Below, piece by piece: positions 51,162-64,000 of a stretch of 64,000 nucleotides of DNA; within the stretch, counting starts at the first letter, position 1, and each line of letters starts with the position of its first letter. Position numbers and translations under genes: made by a program. The stretch lies in NCBI RefSeq assembly GCF_009914755.1, contig NC_060928.1. One strand, 5' to 3'. Source of the stretch: the human T2T-CHM13v2.0 reference genome, Homo sapiens. Under the pieces are notes generated by a model that searched no databases, was not told the origin of the DNA, and saw nothing but the letters and a program-made list of their open reading frames with translations.

Positions 51162-51650
51162 TGCACAGGGGTGAAAATATGTGATACCTTTTCTCATTCA
51201 TGAGAAGGTTTGTGGCTGACACTCCTATAACAAAAGACAAACAAGAGAAAGGTGCAAAAAATTTATTTAATCAAAGTTTTTTGTGACATGAAAGGCTTCA
51301 GAAATGAAAGCCAAAGACCCAGAGAAAACTGTCTATTTGTATGTTTAGGTTCGATGAAAAATGGACTGCTGTGTAGAAATGCGATTGGACAAAAAGAGAA
51401 GGATCTAATGGTGATAGATTGAGTAGGGAAACCCAGCAAGGCCTATTTGTTCATTCTTCTGGGTCTCTGCATGGCATTCCTTCCTCTTGGGTATAGGACA
51501 GCACCCTTCTGGAATGAGGGTTGTATGACCTACTATCAGACAAGGTAGGTCAGAGAATATTTTTATGGCCAGCTCCTACACGGAAAGGCAAGGGAAAGTT
51601 AGAATAGTGTTTCTACATTTTATGGCTGGCTTTGGAGGAGACGGATTCTT
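51162..51650 (-). mobile_element. MER39-like ERV1 LTR
   Basis: ggctgacactcctataacaaaagac..aacaagagaaa..aaatttatttaa is the reverse of the MER39/34 3' end. Confidence 0.6.
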
Positions 51651-51665
51651 AGAAAAAAAATTCTG

Positions 51666-51968
51666 GGCCAGGCGCCGTGGCTCACGCCTGTAATCCCAGC
51701 AGTTTGGGAGGCCGAGGTGGGCAGATCACGAGGTCAGGAGATCAAGACCACCCTGGCTAACAGGGTGAAACCCCATCTCTACTAAAATTACAAAAAATTA
51801 GCCAGGCATGATGGCAGGCGCCTGTAGTCCCAGCTACTCGGCAGGCTGAGGCAGGAGAATGGTGTGAACCTGGGAGGCGGAGATCGTGCACTGCACTCCA
51901 GCCTGGGCAACAGAGTGAGACTCTGTCTCAAAAAAAAAAAAAAAAAAAAAAGAAAAAAGAAAAAAAAT
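51666..51968 (+). mobile_element. AluY/Sc-like
   Basis: TSD agaaaaaaaattctg. Confidence 0.93.
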
Positions 51969-52045
51969 TCTGATGGGGCCGATTTGGGTTTTATGCCCAA
52001 TCTTTGAGCCATTTGAGGGTTAGCATTATAATTTGTCCAGTTGCA

Positions 52046-52335
52046 GGCCGGGTGTGGTGGCTCATGCTGATAATCCTAGCACTTGATGAGGGCCAAGGTG
52101 GGAGAATCACTTGAGGTCAGGAGTTCAAGACCAACCTGGGCAACATAGTAAGACCCTGTCTTTACCAAAAAAAATCGAGGTGGCCACTACAAGTGGCACA
52201 TACCTGTAGTCCGGGGTAAGGAGGGGACATTGTTTGAGCCAGGAGTTCAAGGCTGCAGTAAGCCATAATCATGACACTGTACTCCAGCCAGGGTGACAGA
52301 GCAAGACCTTGTCTCAGGAAAAAAGAAAAAAAAAA
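52046..52335 (+). mobile_element. AluJ-like
   Basis: Diverged Alu. Confidence 0.88.
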
Positions 52336-52656
52336 CAGGATTTTTTTTCTTCCTTTAGTTTAAAACAATACCAATTTATTATGTTCTTCTACAGCTGAGC
52401 TGGGGTTTAGCTGATCTGGGTTTAACTTAGCTGGGCAGCTCTGCATCTCACTGCAGGGCTGCAGGTTGGCCGAATCAACTTTGCCCTCCATGTCTCATTC
52501 TTCTTGAACAAGTACGATACCCGAGGCCTGTTCTTGTGATGATGGCAGAAGCATAAGAGACTGTGAGGAAGCACTCAAGGGTTTTTAACACCCAGACCTG
52601 GAACTGGGCACATTGTCATGATGTCTGCATGCCATTGGCCAAAAGGAGTCACATAT

Positions 52657-54095
52657 CGTTATGGGATCTTTGGGGTGTCACTTTTTTCAGCAGAAACCTA
52701 TCTGGCCAGTTGTGCCTTTGCCTGAGTTTGCTCAGGCCTGCTAGGTTCATTCCACTCACTTGGCCTGGTAGGCCGCTCTTGGCTCATGCTACTGGCCTGA
52801 ATCCCATGCCTGCCAAGGGATACTGCGTGGAGCGGTGAAGGGTGTGTGGGCAAGCATGGTGTCCGACCACTGGACAGTCAGACATGCCCCTGCTGCAGCG
52901 GGCAGGGGCAGCACAGGTGCTGGCACCCTGCAAGTCTGTGGCTGGACCAGGTACACCACAAGCAGCTTCCACAGCTGGCACTGGGAACATGGTGGCACTC
53001 AGAAGCTTGAAGATGCCAGGAATTTCAGGGCCCCAAAGAGGGAATCACAGTCCTGGATCGGGGGGCTGCCAAGTCTGGGCTCCCCAAAGGGCTGCACCTC
53101 TTCTTTCCTTCTCTTTGCCCACAACGTTGTGAGCAAGGGGCATGTCTCAGTCCTGTTTGCATTACAACTCTTAGCCTCATTTGGTGGGTCCCAAGTTCTT
53201 GTCCTGCACCCAGGAAAAATGAGGTATGCAGACAAGTAGAGGGTGAGCAAGACAAAGAGGGGCTCTATTGACTGACAATAGCTCAGAGGAGACCGTGGAG
53301 TGGGTAGCTCCTGTCTGCAGCTGGTCGTCCTAATGTCTGCTGCTCTCAGCAGAGAGGAAGCCCTAGAGTGGGTAGCTCCTCTCTGCAGCTGGTTGTCCTG
53401 ATGTTTGCATCCTGCTGCTGTTCATGGCACCCAGGCTGTAGGTGCCAAGGGGTGCATTCAGACCAGTGCCAACCTGCTTTCAGCATCCCCCCACTTCAGC
53501 TTCCCTCCTATGCTTGTCAGCACCCAAAATCTGGAGGGGGCCAAGGTAGCAGGGGGCTGGTGTGTCAACATTGCCCCGAGCGTGTGGACACCCAGCCTGG
53601 CTGTGACAGCACCCAGGTTTGGCCCTGACTTTGTTCTGAGATCAGAGTAGGCACTGACAGCAGAGAGAAGCCAGGCAGTGGGAGCAGGCATTTCTGAGCC
53701 TGTGAGGGCAAGGGTGGCCTTCCAGGGCCCCCAAGAGTGCAGGGATGCCTGGGTCCACAGCCCGTTTGGGTGGCTGCAGCTGCACTGGGGAGAGTGGGGC
53801 TCCTTCCTGCTCCTTGGAACAGGAGGCCTGGGTCTGCAGCCACAGTTTGGAGAGATGCAGCTGTGCCCAGGAGGGTGGGGCTCCTGCCTAGTCCCCAGGC
53901 CCTAAGAGCACAGGGATGCCCAGATCCATAGCTGTGGCTTGGGTGGTGACAGTCACACACAGGAAGCTCCTGCTCCAACTTGGAAGGATTGGGTCTCCCA
54001 TTTGTCCTCAGCTCCCGCCAGGTTTATGCAGCATGCAGCCCCAGCTGTGCCTCCTTGCTGCAGCCGCTGCTGCAGATGGCACACTGCTGCCATCA
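52657..54095 (-). mobile_element. MER52-family solo LTR (ERV1), ~1.44 kb
   Basis: Reverse-complement homologue of 916-2665 (ends ..ctgctgccatca); 4-bp TSD ATAT both sides. Confidence 0.88.
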
Positions 54096-54099
54096 ATAT

Positions 54100-54560
54100 G
54101 CAGTAGATTCAACATGACCATAAATCAATTTCAGTTCCTCCCATCAAGAGGTAGAGTTTTCTCCCCCTGCATGTATTCCTTGCCCCTTGAATATGAGCTT
54201 GTGACTTGCTTTGACCAATAGAATGTAGTAGAAGTGAAATTTATGGCTTGTAAGCCGTAGTCTAATAAGACCCTTGCAGTCCCATTCACACCCTCTTGGA
54301 ATGCTACAGCCAAGACAGGAGGATCAGGAAGCCCAGCTCAGATTAACCTCTGTGTGAATGAAAGCCCACATGGACAGAGGCCCAAGCATCCCAATTTCCT
54401 AGCTCAGCTCTCAGCTGACCCAACAGCTGGATGTAACTTCATGAGTGAGCCCAGGTAAGAGCAGCAAAAGAACCCCTATCCAACCTGCAGAATTGTTGCA
54501 TAGTTGTTTTAAGCCACTAAATTTGGGGATGGTTTGGGATGCAGCAATAGATAAAGAATA
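54100..54560 (+). mobile_element. MLT1-like MaLR LTR
   Basis: ttgtgacttgctttgaccaatagaatg...ttgttttaagccactaaatttgggg..gcagcaatagataa. Confidence 0.7.
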
Positions 54561-55057
54561 CAATATGGCTAAGCCCAAAATCAAGAGGCAGGGAAGTTTA
54601 CTCTCCATATGACAAGTGTGTGGATGCATGGAGGGTGAAGGCTTGAGACCAACAATTCAATCCACTATCATGTATATCTGAATTTTAATTACTTTAATTC
54701 TAGATTGATCTTCAGTTGTTAGTGGCTCCTGACATATTAAATCTGTTTTCTAGCTCCCCAACCCATTCTATCTTTGTGATAGCTTATCTCAACTTCTTTC
54801 CTTCCTGTGCTCACATACTATTCCTCCATCGAGAGGTGAATTCTATTTTTGTACTCTTGAATCTGAGCTGACTGTGACTGCTCTGACAAATAAAATACAG
54901 TGAAGTAATCCCTAACCTTTTAGAGGACTAGCAACTTCCACTCCCTGCCTCTTGGAAGTCTGGCACCATGTAAGAAGAACAACTATCCTGACTACTCTGC
55001 TATGAGAAAGCAAGTTTTTGGTACCTTATTAAAGACAAATGATCGCTTACACATATG

Positions 55058-55486
55058 TGTGGAGCCCTCATTAGAGAAAAGGAGTTAGGTTGGTGGGACC
55101 AAGGGAAAGCAAAAAGAGAAAGCCGATAAGCTGTAAGTCTGCCTTTCTTCATGGTCCGGGACACATAGCCCTTCTACACAAATAACTCACAATCATCCCG
55201 CACCCAGCTATCAGCAGACACCTGCAAGTTAGCTCACCGCAACCTTGGCATTATCAGTACTGCACAAAGCCCTCTTGAGCATACAGCATAAACACTAAGT
55301 CTATAAAATCTCCAGCAAGCCTTTGTTTCCTGATAGCCAGCTCTTCTTCTGATTCTACCACTTGCTCCCTGGCAACATATTTTTATACTTTCTCTAATAA
55401 ATCTGCCTTTCTTTATCTACAACTGCCTTGGTAAATTATTTTACACACACGCCACTGGTCCAGATAGCCGTTGCTAACCCACAACA
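55058..55486 (+). mobile_element. LTR47-like ERVL solo LTR
   Basis: tgtggagccctcattagagaaaaggag...acaaca; TATAAAA ~55302, AATAAA ~55396; 5-bp TSD atatg/ttatg. Confidence 0.7.
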
Positions 55487-55754
55487 TTATGTTTAGTGAG
55501 GTTCTATTCTGCATTTTCATTTTTTTAAGCGGTAGATATTGCATTTTGTTTATCTGTTCATCAGTTGATGGACATTTGGGTTATTTCCACTTCTTAGCTA
55601 TTACAAATAATGCTGCTATAAACATTCTTATATAGGTGTTGGTGTGGCCACACGATTTCATGATTTTGGATATTTATCTACAAGTGGAATTGCTAGGCCA
55701 GATGGTAGCTACTACACATCTTTGCATCCCCTTTCCTAAAAGGATAAACTGGGG

Positions 55755-55895
55755 TTTTTTTGTTTTTTTATTTTTTGTAGAAATGGGGTCTTGCCGTTTT
55801 GCCCAGGCTGGTCTTGAACTCCTGGGCTCAAGCGATCCTCTCACCTTGGCCTCCCAAAGTGCTGAAATTACAGGCATGAGCTATCACACTCGGCC
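55755..55895 (-). mobile_element. Alu monomer (FLAM-like)
   Basis: Single monomer. Confidence 0.85.
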
Positions 55896-56035
55896 AAGGA
55901 TATAAACAGAAACTGTTCAGTGTTAATGCAAACAATGTTGTATATTTATTCCTGGCTTCTATTCTGACTTTGTCTTCTACTCTCCCCAGGGTGGTTCTGC
56001 TCTGAGTCCCTTGGCCTCTGCAAGAGACAGCTACA

Positions 56036-56328
<293 letters not shown>

Positions 56329-57040
56329 AGAGACAGCTACAGGGACCATTCTCTTGCTTCATTCAGATCTCTGGTCACTGATAATTGTATTAGAGGGCTC
56401 TTCCCTGATCATTGCCTAAAACAGCTCCTTTTACCATCTATTCCCTTGCCAATCCCCATCTTCAGAGCACTTAGCACCTCAGATATTTACTCATTTATTT
56501 ATGTCTGCCTTTCCTCAGACTAGCGGGAGGGGTGGATCTTCATTTTATAAATTATTGCATCCATAGCACCTACAGCAGAGCCCAAGTACTGAATACATAT
56601 TGGTTAGATAAGTTAGTGAGTGAGTGAATGAATGAATTAAGAATCTTCGGTTTCCTTGAGTCCTCTACTGCATTGAGGACTGTCCAGTGGGAAATTATAT
56701 CAAGTAAACATCATGCAAAGTTGGCTACTATCAGAAAATTCCAAGGGTCATTTGTGGGCCTAGCTGAGTCATGAAAGCAGAAAAGAAAATAGAATTTAAA
56801 ATTAATCTCACTACTTCTGTTCTCACTTCATGGCATGGTTTCTGTTGCTTTCCTCTTTAGCTACTTAGGGAAAAATTAGGCCTTTTATATCCTTCAATGT
56901 TTTCTGTTGTCTACATTAAACATTGTGTGGCAGAGAACAGTGGGGCAAGTAAGAAACCTCACATCCACTGAAGCCTTAATTGTTGGTCCAAAAAGAGCTC
57001 ACCTGATTTTACCTATGTGAGTGTTTTTAAAAATATATAA

Positions 57041-57312
<272 letters not shown>

Positions 57313-57557
57313 TTTAAAAATTCTTAATCCCTAGAAGCACATGTCAACCTGGCTTTGCCCACCAGGTTTTCTTCATCTTACCACAGGTCTCCTTGATATG
57401 TTCTTAAAGTCCTTCCTTTCATCTCTCTTTCTTTCTTTGTCATTTGCCCCCACTTTTCTCATCTTCTGCCCCTATTCCATTTCAAGGGTTGATTTAGACA
57501 GCTACAATACTAGCAGATGTCTATATTTCTGTGTTACTTTCAATTTTCTGCCATGTA

Positions 57558-57861
<304 letters not shown>

Positions 57862-58217
57862 TAGTTATTTCTTATCTCAGCTTAGTTATATTGAGCAAAT
57901 GTTTGTGGACTAGGTGTTGTGCTGAACATTTGCTAGGCCTTAGAGATACTGACATTTTAAAACAATTTCTACTTATAGTATTTTGCAATGTTAGCAGTCT
58001 CCACTTTACTCCTTTATGTTGTGATTGTAAACTTCTTGCAACTTCTCTCTATGGGCTTAAAATAGCTTGTACATAGGTAGTGTTCATTAGTGTGGGAAAT
58101 TAGTTGAACTGAATTCATAACCAATCTAGAATCTGCTTTCGAAATTTCTTCCACTCCTTGTCAATCCAATCTACATCTACCCAGGAGTATCCTGTAAGTA
58201 GTGGTGGCAGGTTTTTC

Positions 58218-58612
58218 TGTGGTGGGCAGTCTATCCAAACCTACCACAAAATCCGAGGAAGCTGAGAAGTCAAAGAAAGAGGTTGACAAATCCAATTTCT
58301 TAGAAGGAAACATTTAATAGAGACTTATGAACAGAAGCCATGTCTATGTCACCAGAGGCAGTGAAAAAAGATGGCAGATCCCCACACTATTACCTCCCAG
58401 ACCCAGGGTTTATATACCAGAGGTGAGGGGCAGGCTGGCTTTGGAGGGAAGGAGTAGGAATTTTCCCTGAGGGCAGGATTGATGGTAAGTACATGCTCTC
58501 ACACAAGGGACAATAGATGAACTGGACATCTCAGAGGCATTCCCAGAAGTGAGGTTAATCTGAAGTCAACATGGAGGATTACCGTCCAAGATGGAGTTAC
58601 TCTGACCTCCCA
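58218..58612 (-). mobile_element. MER83-like ERV1 LTR
   Basis: ggttaatctgaagtcaacatggaggatta..tccaagatggagttac is the reverse of the MER83-type 5' end. Confidence 0.6.
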
Positions 58613-58803
58613 TCTAAGATGAAGTTGTTTTGACCTTCACATACTGTTCCACTTTTGACATTGAAGCTAAGAGGCAATTAGCCCAAGAAAATATTTGTAA
58701 ATCATATATCTAATAAGGGGCTTGTATTCAGAACATATAAAGAACTTTTGCAACTCAGTAATGAAAAGACAAATAGCTCAATGAAAAAATGGCTGTACTG
58801 GTG

Positions 58804-59417
<614 letters not shown>

Positions 59418-59606
59418 AAAAAAATTTTTTTAATGGGGAAGAATCTGAATAGATAGTTCTCCAAAGAAGATATACAAATTGCCAATAACCTAACAAAAAG
59501 ATGCAACATCATTAGTCATTAGGGAAATGCAAATAAAAATTACAATGAGATACCACTTCACACCTAAAAGGATGGCTGTAATTTTTAAAAATGGACATTA
59601 ACAAAT

Positions 59607-60083
59607 TGTAGTATAATATGAAATACTTTTGGTCTTTGTCCCCAGTTCCTGTCACAGAGTACCTAAAACCTTTGGTATTTTTTATCTAGGGTGGGGCTCC
59701 GAGATAGCCTCAGGATGGGACTGGTCACTAGAAAGACCAAGTGATTAGAGGGTTGAAACTTTCAGCTCTACCCACCAAACTCTGGAAAACGTGTCGGGGG
59801 ATTTTATAGCCCATTGGTCAGAAGTATAGGTGACAACCTACTTGGATTGGTGTCGGAAGTTGGGGGCAGTCTTGTGGGAAACAGCCTGTGGGATCTGATA
59901 CTATCTAAAGATAGATAGTGTCAGAATTGAAATGAATTGAATTGAATTCTCTAGTGGACACCCAGTTGGTGTCCACTAGAGAAGTTGGTGTGTCAGGAAA
60001 TACCTTTATGTATCTGGTCACAGAAGTGTTCTACGTTGAGTGTGTGAGTAGAGAGAAAAAACTGTTTGCTTTTCCTCTTCACA
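59607..60083 (+). mobile_element. MER21-like LTR
   Basis: tggtctttgtccccagttcctgtcacagag...ggtcactagaaagaccaagtgattagagggttgaaactttcagc; orientation uncertain. Confidence 0.65.
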
Positions 60084-60272
60084 TGAGTGTAGGCAAGGAT
60101 GTGGAGAAATTCTCATATATTGCTGATGAGAATACAAAATGGTACAGCCACTGTGGAAAACCGTTTGGCAATATACAAAACATTAAACATAGAGTTACTA
60201 TTCGACCCATCTGTTCCTAGGTATATACCCAAGTGAAATTAAAACAAATACACACCTCTGTAAAACCATGTA

Positions 60273-60609
60273 CACTTGGCCCTCTACGTCCATGAAGTCC
60301 ACATCCTTGCATTCAACCATGGATCAAAAATATTTAGGGGAAAAAGATAAAAAATAATAATATCCTGAAAGCTGATGGGGCATTAAAAAATAATACAATA
60401 AACAGTAATAAACATTAAAAATACAATATACAACTATTTACATAGTATTTACATTGTATGAGGTATTATAAGTAATCTAGAGATGATTTACAGTGGACCA
60501 AAGGATGTGTGTAGTTTATATGCAAATACTAAGGCACTTGAGTATCCTTGGATTTTAGTATCCATGGTGGTCCTAGAACCAGTTCCCCACAGATACCAAG
60601 AGACAACTG
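60273..60609. mobile_element. MER2 (Tigger-derived MITE)
   Basis: TIR-like ends cacttggccctc...gagacaactg after TA; core tatttacattgtatgaggtattataagtaatctagagatgattt. Confidence 0.8.
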
Positions 60610-60748
60610 GACATGAATGTACATAGCAGATTATCCGTAATGGCCAAAAACTGCAAACAACCCAAATGTCTGTCAACCAATGAATGGATAAAGAAAATGT
60701 GATACAGTCATAGGATGGAACATTATTCAGCAATAAAAAGGAATAAAA

Positions 60749-61057
60749 GGCCAGGTACAGTGGCCCACGCCTGTAATCCCAGCACTTTGGGAGGCTTACG
60801 CAGGCGGATCACTTGAGGTCAGGAGTTCGAGACCAGCCTGGCCAACATGGTGAAACCCTATCTCTACTAAAAATAGAAAAATTAGCTGGGCGTGGTGGCA
60901 CATGCCTACTTGCGAGGCTGAGGCAGGAGAATGGCTTGAACCCAGGAGGTGGAGGTTGCAGTGAGCCAAGATTGCAACATTGCACTTCAGCCTGGGTGAC
61001 AGAGTGAAACTCCAGCTCATCAAAAAAAAAAAAAAAAGAAAAAAAAGAAAGAAAAAA
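60749..61057 (+). mobile_element. AluS
   Basis: TSD aaaaggaataa. Confidence 0.92.
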
Positions 61058-61435
61058 GGAATAAGGTACTGATGCATGCTATGACATGGAAGAACCTTGT
61101 AACATTATGCTAAGTAAAAGAAACAAGTTTCAAAAGGCCACATACTGTGCCCTTCCATTTATATGAAATGCTCAGAATAGGAAAATCTGTAGACACAGGA
61201 AGTAGATTCATGGTTGTCTAGGCTGAGGAGTCTGGGAGTTTGGGGAGAAATAGGGAGTAAATATTCATGGATACTGGATTTGGGGGGAGTGATGAAAATG
61301 TTCTAAAATTGATTGTGGTGACAGTTGCACAACCCTGTGAATGTATTTTAAACTATTGAATTATCCACTTTAAACGAGTGAATTATATGGAAGATGAATT
61401 ATACTTCATAAAAGCTATTAAAAAGTGAGATAGGA

Positions 61436-62081
61436 GGCTGAGCATCACTCCTATAATCATAGCACTTTGGGAGGCCAAAGCGAGAGAGGATCACTTGAGC
61501 CCAGGAGTTTGAGACCAGCCTGGACAACATACTGAGACCTCATCTGTATTAGTTCATTCTCACACTGCTATGAAGAAATACCCGAGACTGGGTAATTTGT
61601 AAAGGAAAGACGTTTAATTGACTCACAGTTTCCCATGGCTGGGGAGGCCTCAGGAAACTTACAATCATGGCAGAAGGCAAAGGAGAAGCAGGCACCTTCT
61701 TCACATGGCAGCAGGACGGAGTGAGTGCAAGCAGGGGAAATTCCAGACACTTATAAAACCATCAGCTCTCATGAGACTCACTCACTATCAGGAGAACAGC
61801 ACGGGAGAAACCACCCCCATAATCTAATTATCTCCATACTTGGTCCCGCCCTTGACACATGGGGATTATGAGGATTACAATTCAAGATGTGATTTTTGGT
61901 GGGGATACAGCCAAACCATATCACTGTCTCCACAACAAGTTTTTTAAAAAATTAACCAGCTATGGTTGCACGTGCCTGCGGTCCCAGCTACTTTGGAGGC
62001 TGAAGTAGGAGGATCACTTGATCATGATTGCACCACTGCACTCCAGCTTGGGTGACACAGAGAGACCCTCTCTCAAAAAAA
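61436..62081 (+). mobile_element. AluJ split by THE1 (61436-61544, 61924-62081)
   Basis: Alu breaks at gagacctcatc and resumes ctgtctccacaa. Confidence 0.85.
61545..61923 (-). mobile_element. THE1D/MSTA-like MaLR solo LTR
   Basis: tgtattagttcattctcacactgctatg...cagccaaaccatatca. Confidence 0.9.
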
Positions 62082-62442
62082 GAGGAAAAGAAAATATATA
62101 TTCTATGATCCAACAATTCTACTCCAGGTATATAGCCCAAAGAAATTTTCACACAGGGTTATATGGGAACATGTGCATAGATGCTTGCTGTATCACAGCT
62201 CTGTACAGCTCTGGGTGACAAGGAGCTGGAGGCTATCTGGGTGCTCATCCTTGGGAGAGTGGACAGGTAAAATGTGGTGGGTGTCTATGTTGGAGTCTAA
62301 TACCACGGTGAGCAGCATCAGCTTAAATGTAGGCTAAGTGGCATAGATGAGTTTTAAATACATAAGCATTGAGTGGAAAAATGTAAAACCCAGGAGGAGA
62401 TATATAATACAATACCATTTCCATAAGTTAAAAATGCATGTA

Positions 62443-62758
62443 GGCTGAGCACAGTGGCTCATGCCTATAATTCCAGCACTTTGAGAGGCTGAGGTAGGAG
62501 GACTGCTTGAGCTCAGGAGTGCAATACTAGTCTGGGCAAAAAAAGTGAGACCCCATCTTTACAAAAAAAAATTTTTTTTAACTTAGCCACGTGCAGTGGC
62601 ACACGCCTGTGGTCCCAGCTAAATGGGAGGCTGAGGCAGGAGGATCGTGTCAGCCCAGCAGATCAAGGCTGCAGTGAGCTGTGTTGCCATGTTCATACCA
62701 CTGCACTCCAGCCTGAGTAGCAGAGTGAGAAACTGTCTCCAAAAAAAAAAAAAAAAAA
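62443..62758 (+). mobile_element. AluJ-like
   Basis: TSD aaaatgcat. Confidence 0.9.
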
Positions 62759-63414
62759 GGAAAATGCATACATGTAAATCAATATATTTTGTAATAAAAC
62801 ATTGAAATAAAAAGATAGCTCACTCAAATAGAAGTGGCAATTAGTCCTGTACTTGGATCTCTTTTCCTATGCGTCATAAAAGGTCAGGATATATGGAGCT
62901 AGAAAACATCAAAAAGCGTCCATCAGTAAGACAACAGGAGAGATCGGTGCCTTGGATAAGAGGGTGTATAACTTCACCTACAGTTACATAAGCTGAAACA
63001 ATAAATAAGAATAGATGTTGCAAGATTTTGGCAACATTTTGAGATGGCCTAATGTTCCTTAACTCTTTTAAGGGTCAATAGTGAGGGTTTGTTTCTCCAA
63101 AACAACATTTGAACCTTGGTTTCCTGAAATTGAAAATGGTTGGTTTTGTGCTGATCTAAGGAGCTGAACCATTGACTCTACAATGGCCCTTCATGTGCCC
63201 CTTCAGTTTTTTTATCAGCCCAGCTATATACCACAGGTTGGTTTCCTTAAAACAAATGTACCCCTTGTTCACTCCACAACTACACTTTTTGCATCATTCT
63301 GCTCCTAGCATTTTTTCACAGACCTTCCTGCCTAATGTTAAAATGGACTAAGCTGGGTTCCATGGCAGATGGACTTGGTTTCATCTCTTGGTGTCACCAT
63401 TTATAGCTGAGCGT

Positions 63415-64000
63415 TGTCAACTTACATAATAAATGGAGAGAAGATCTCTAAAGGAAAATATTTATTCAGATATAGGGCATTGCAGTGGGAATTTATCTGA
63501 CATAGTAAACTAACATGTATATTCAGGGAGGTAACGGAAGACAAAAGTTTTTTTTTTTTTTTTAAAAAGACATAATTGTTTTAAGATAATGATCTTTGGC
63601 TACCAGCATCAATAACAAGAGTGACTCCAGTCTGACATTGGTCAAGCAGTTGCTGGACAGATGTCCTCACAGAAGTATTTTTTTTTTTGTAAGGTTGCAG
63701 TGGCCTTTGTGCAAGGTTACAGTTTTTGCAGTCTTTTGTGATAGTTTTTGTTATCAAATATTTATGTGCAAGAACCCTGTCTTCATAGCCTTCTCCAGAT
63801 CTATTTGTCATGATTTTTGTTAGCGCCAGTTACTCCATTTTGATTCTGACAACTTTCACATTTCCCCTTTTTGATTAAGATCTTTCTCTGAAAACATCAT
63901 CGATCAATCATCCTGTAGTTAGATGTTTTTTTCCCTTACCCACTCTGAGTATGTCCTTACCATGCTAAGGATTTGATTGTTCCTCGGTGCCAGGATGGAC
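63415..64000 (-). mobile_element. MER67-like 3' LTR (63415-63860) with polypurine tract and start of proviral internal sequence
   Basis: Minus strand reads AAAAAGGGGAAA (PPT, 63872-63861) then TGTGAAAGTTGTCAGAATCAAAATGGAG. Confidence 0.7.

Noticed and set aside
52563-54221. Cluster of ORFs upstream of PPM1K
   Set aside because: Inside the second MER52 LTR and MLT1 relics.

Overview
Human (primate) genomic DNA, Alu- and LTR-rich, containing one complete protein-coding gene: PPM1K (PP2Cm, the mitochondrial BCKDH phosphatase) on the minus strand. I rebuilt six coding exons with canonical GT-AG junctions (35557-35118, 34217-34117, 25880-25715, 25308-25164, 22109-21975, 19700-19569). They sum to 1119 nt, i.e. 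372 aa plus stop. A non-coding first exon lies in a CpG-island promoter (~40.4-41.95 kb) that appears bidirectional (candidate divergent lncRNA, PPM1K-DT), and the ~5 kb 3'UTR contains inverted Alus. The rest is ~45 Alus, solo LTRs (MER52 x2, THE1 x3, MER50-, MER34/39-, LTR47-, MER83-, MER21-, MER67-, LTR16-, MLT-like), L1/L2/MIR relics, DNA transposon fossils, a U6 pseudogene, a U2 fragment and a ~1.07 kb 20/24-bp minisatellite in intron 5. Nearly all ORFs in the supplied track are repeat-derived noise. Repeat subfamily names are from recall of consensus sequences and need RepeatMasker confirmation; repeat boundaries are approximate. I found no convincing wholly new system. The best leads are the E-box/CCAAT minisatellite array, an alternative-polyadenylation switch governing 3'UTR inverted Alus, an intron-3 alternative terminal/poison exon giving truncated isoforms, and an AG|GT recursive-splice-like site in intron 1.
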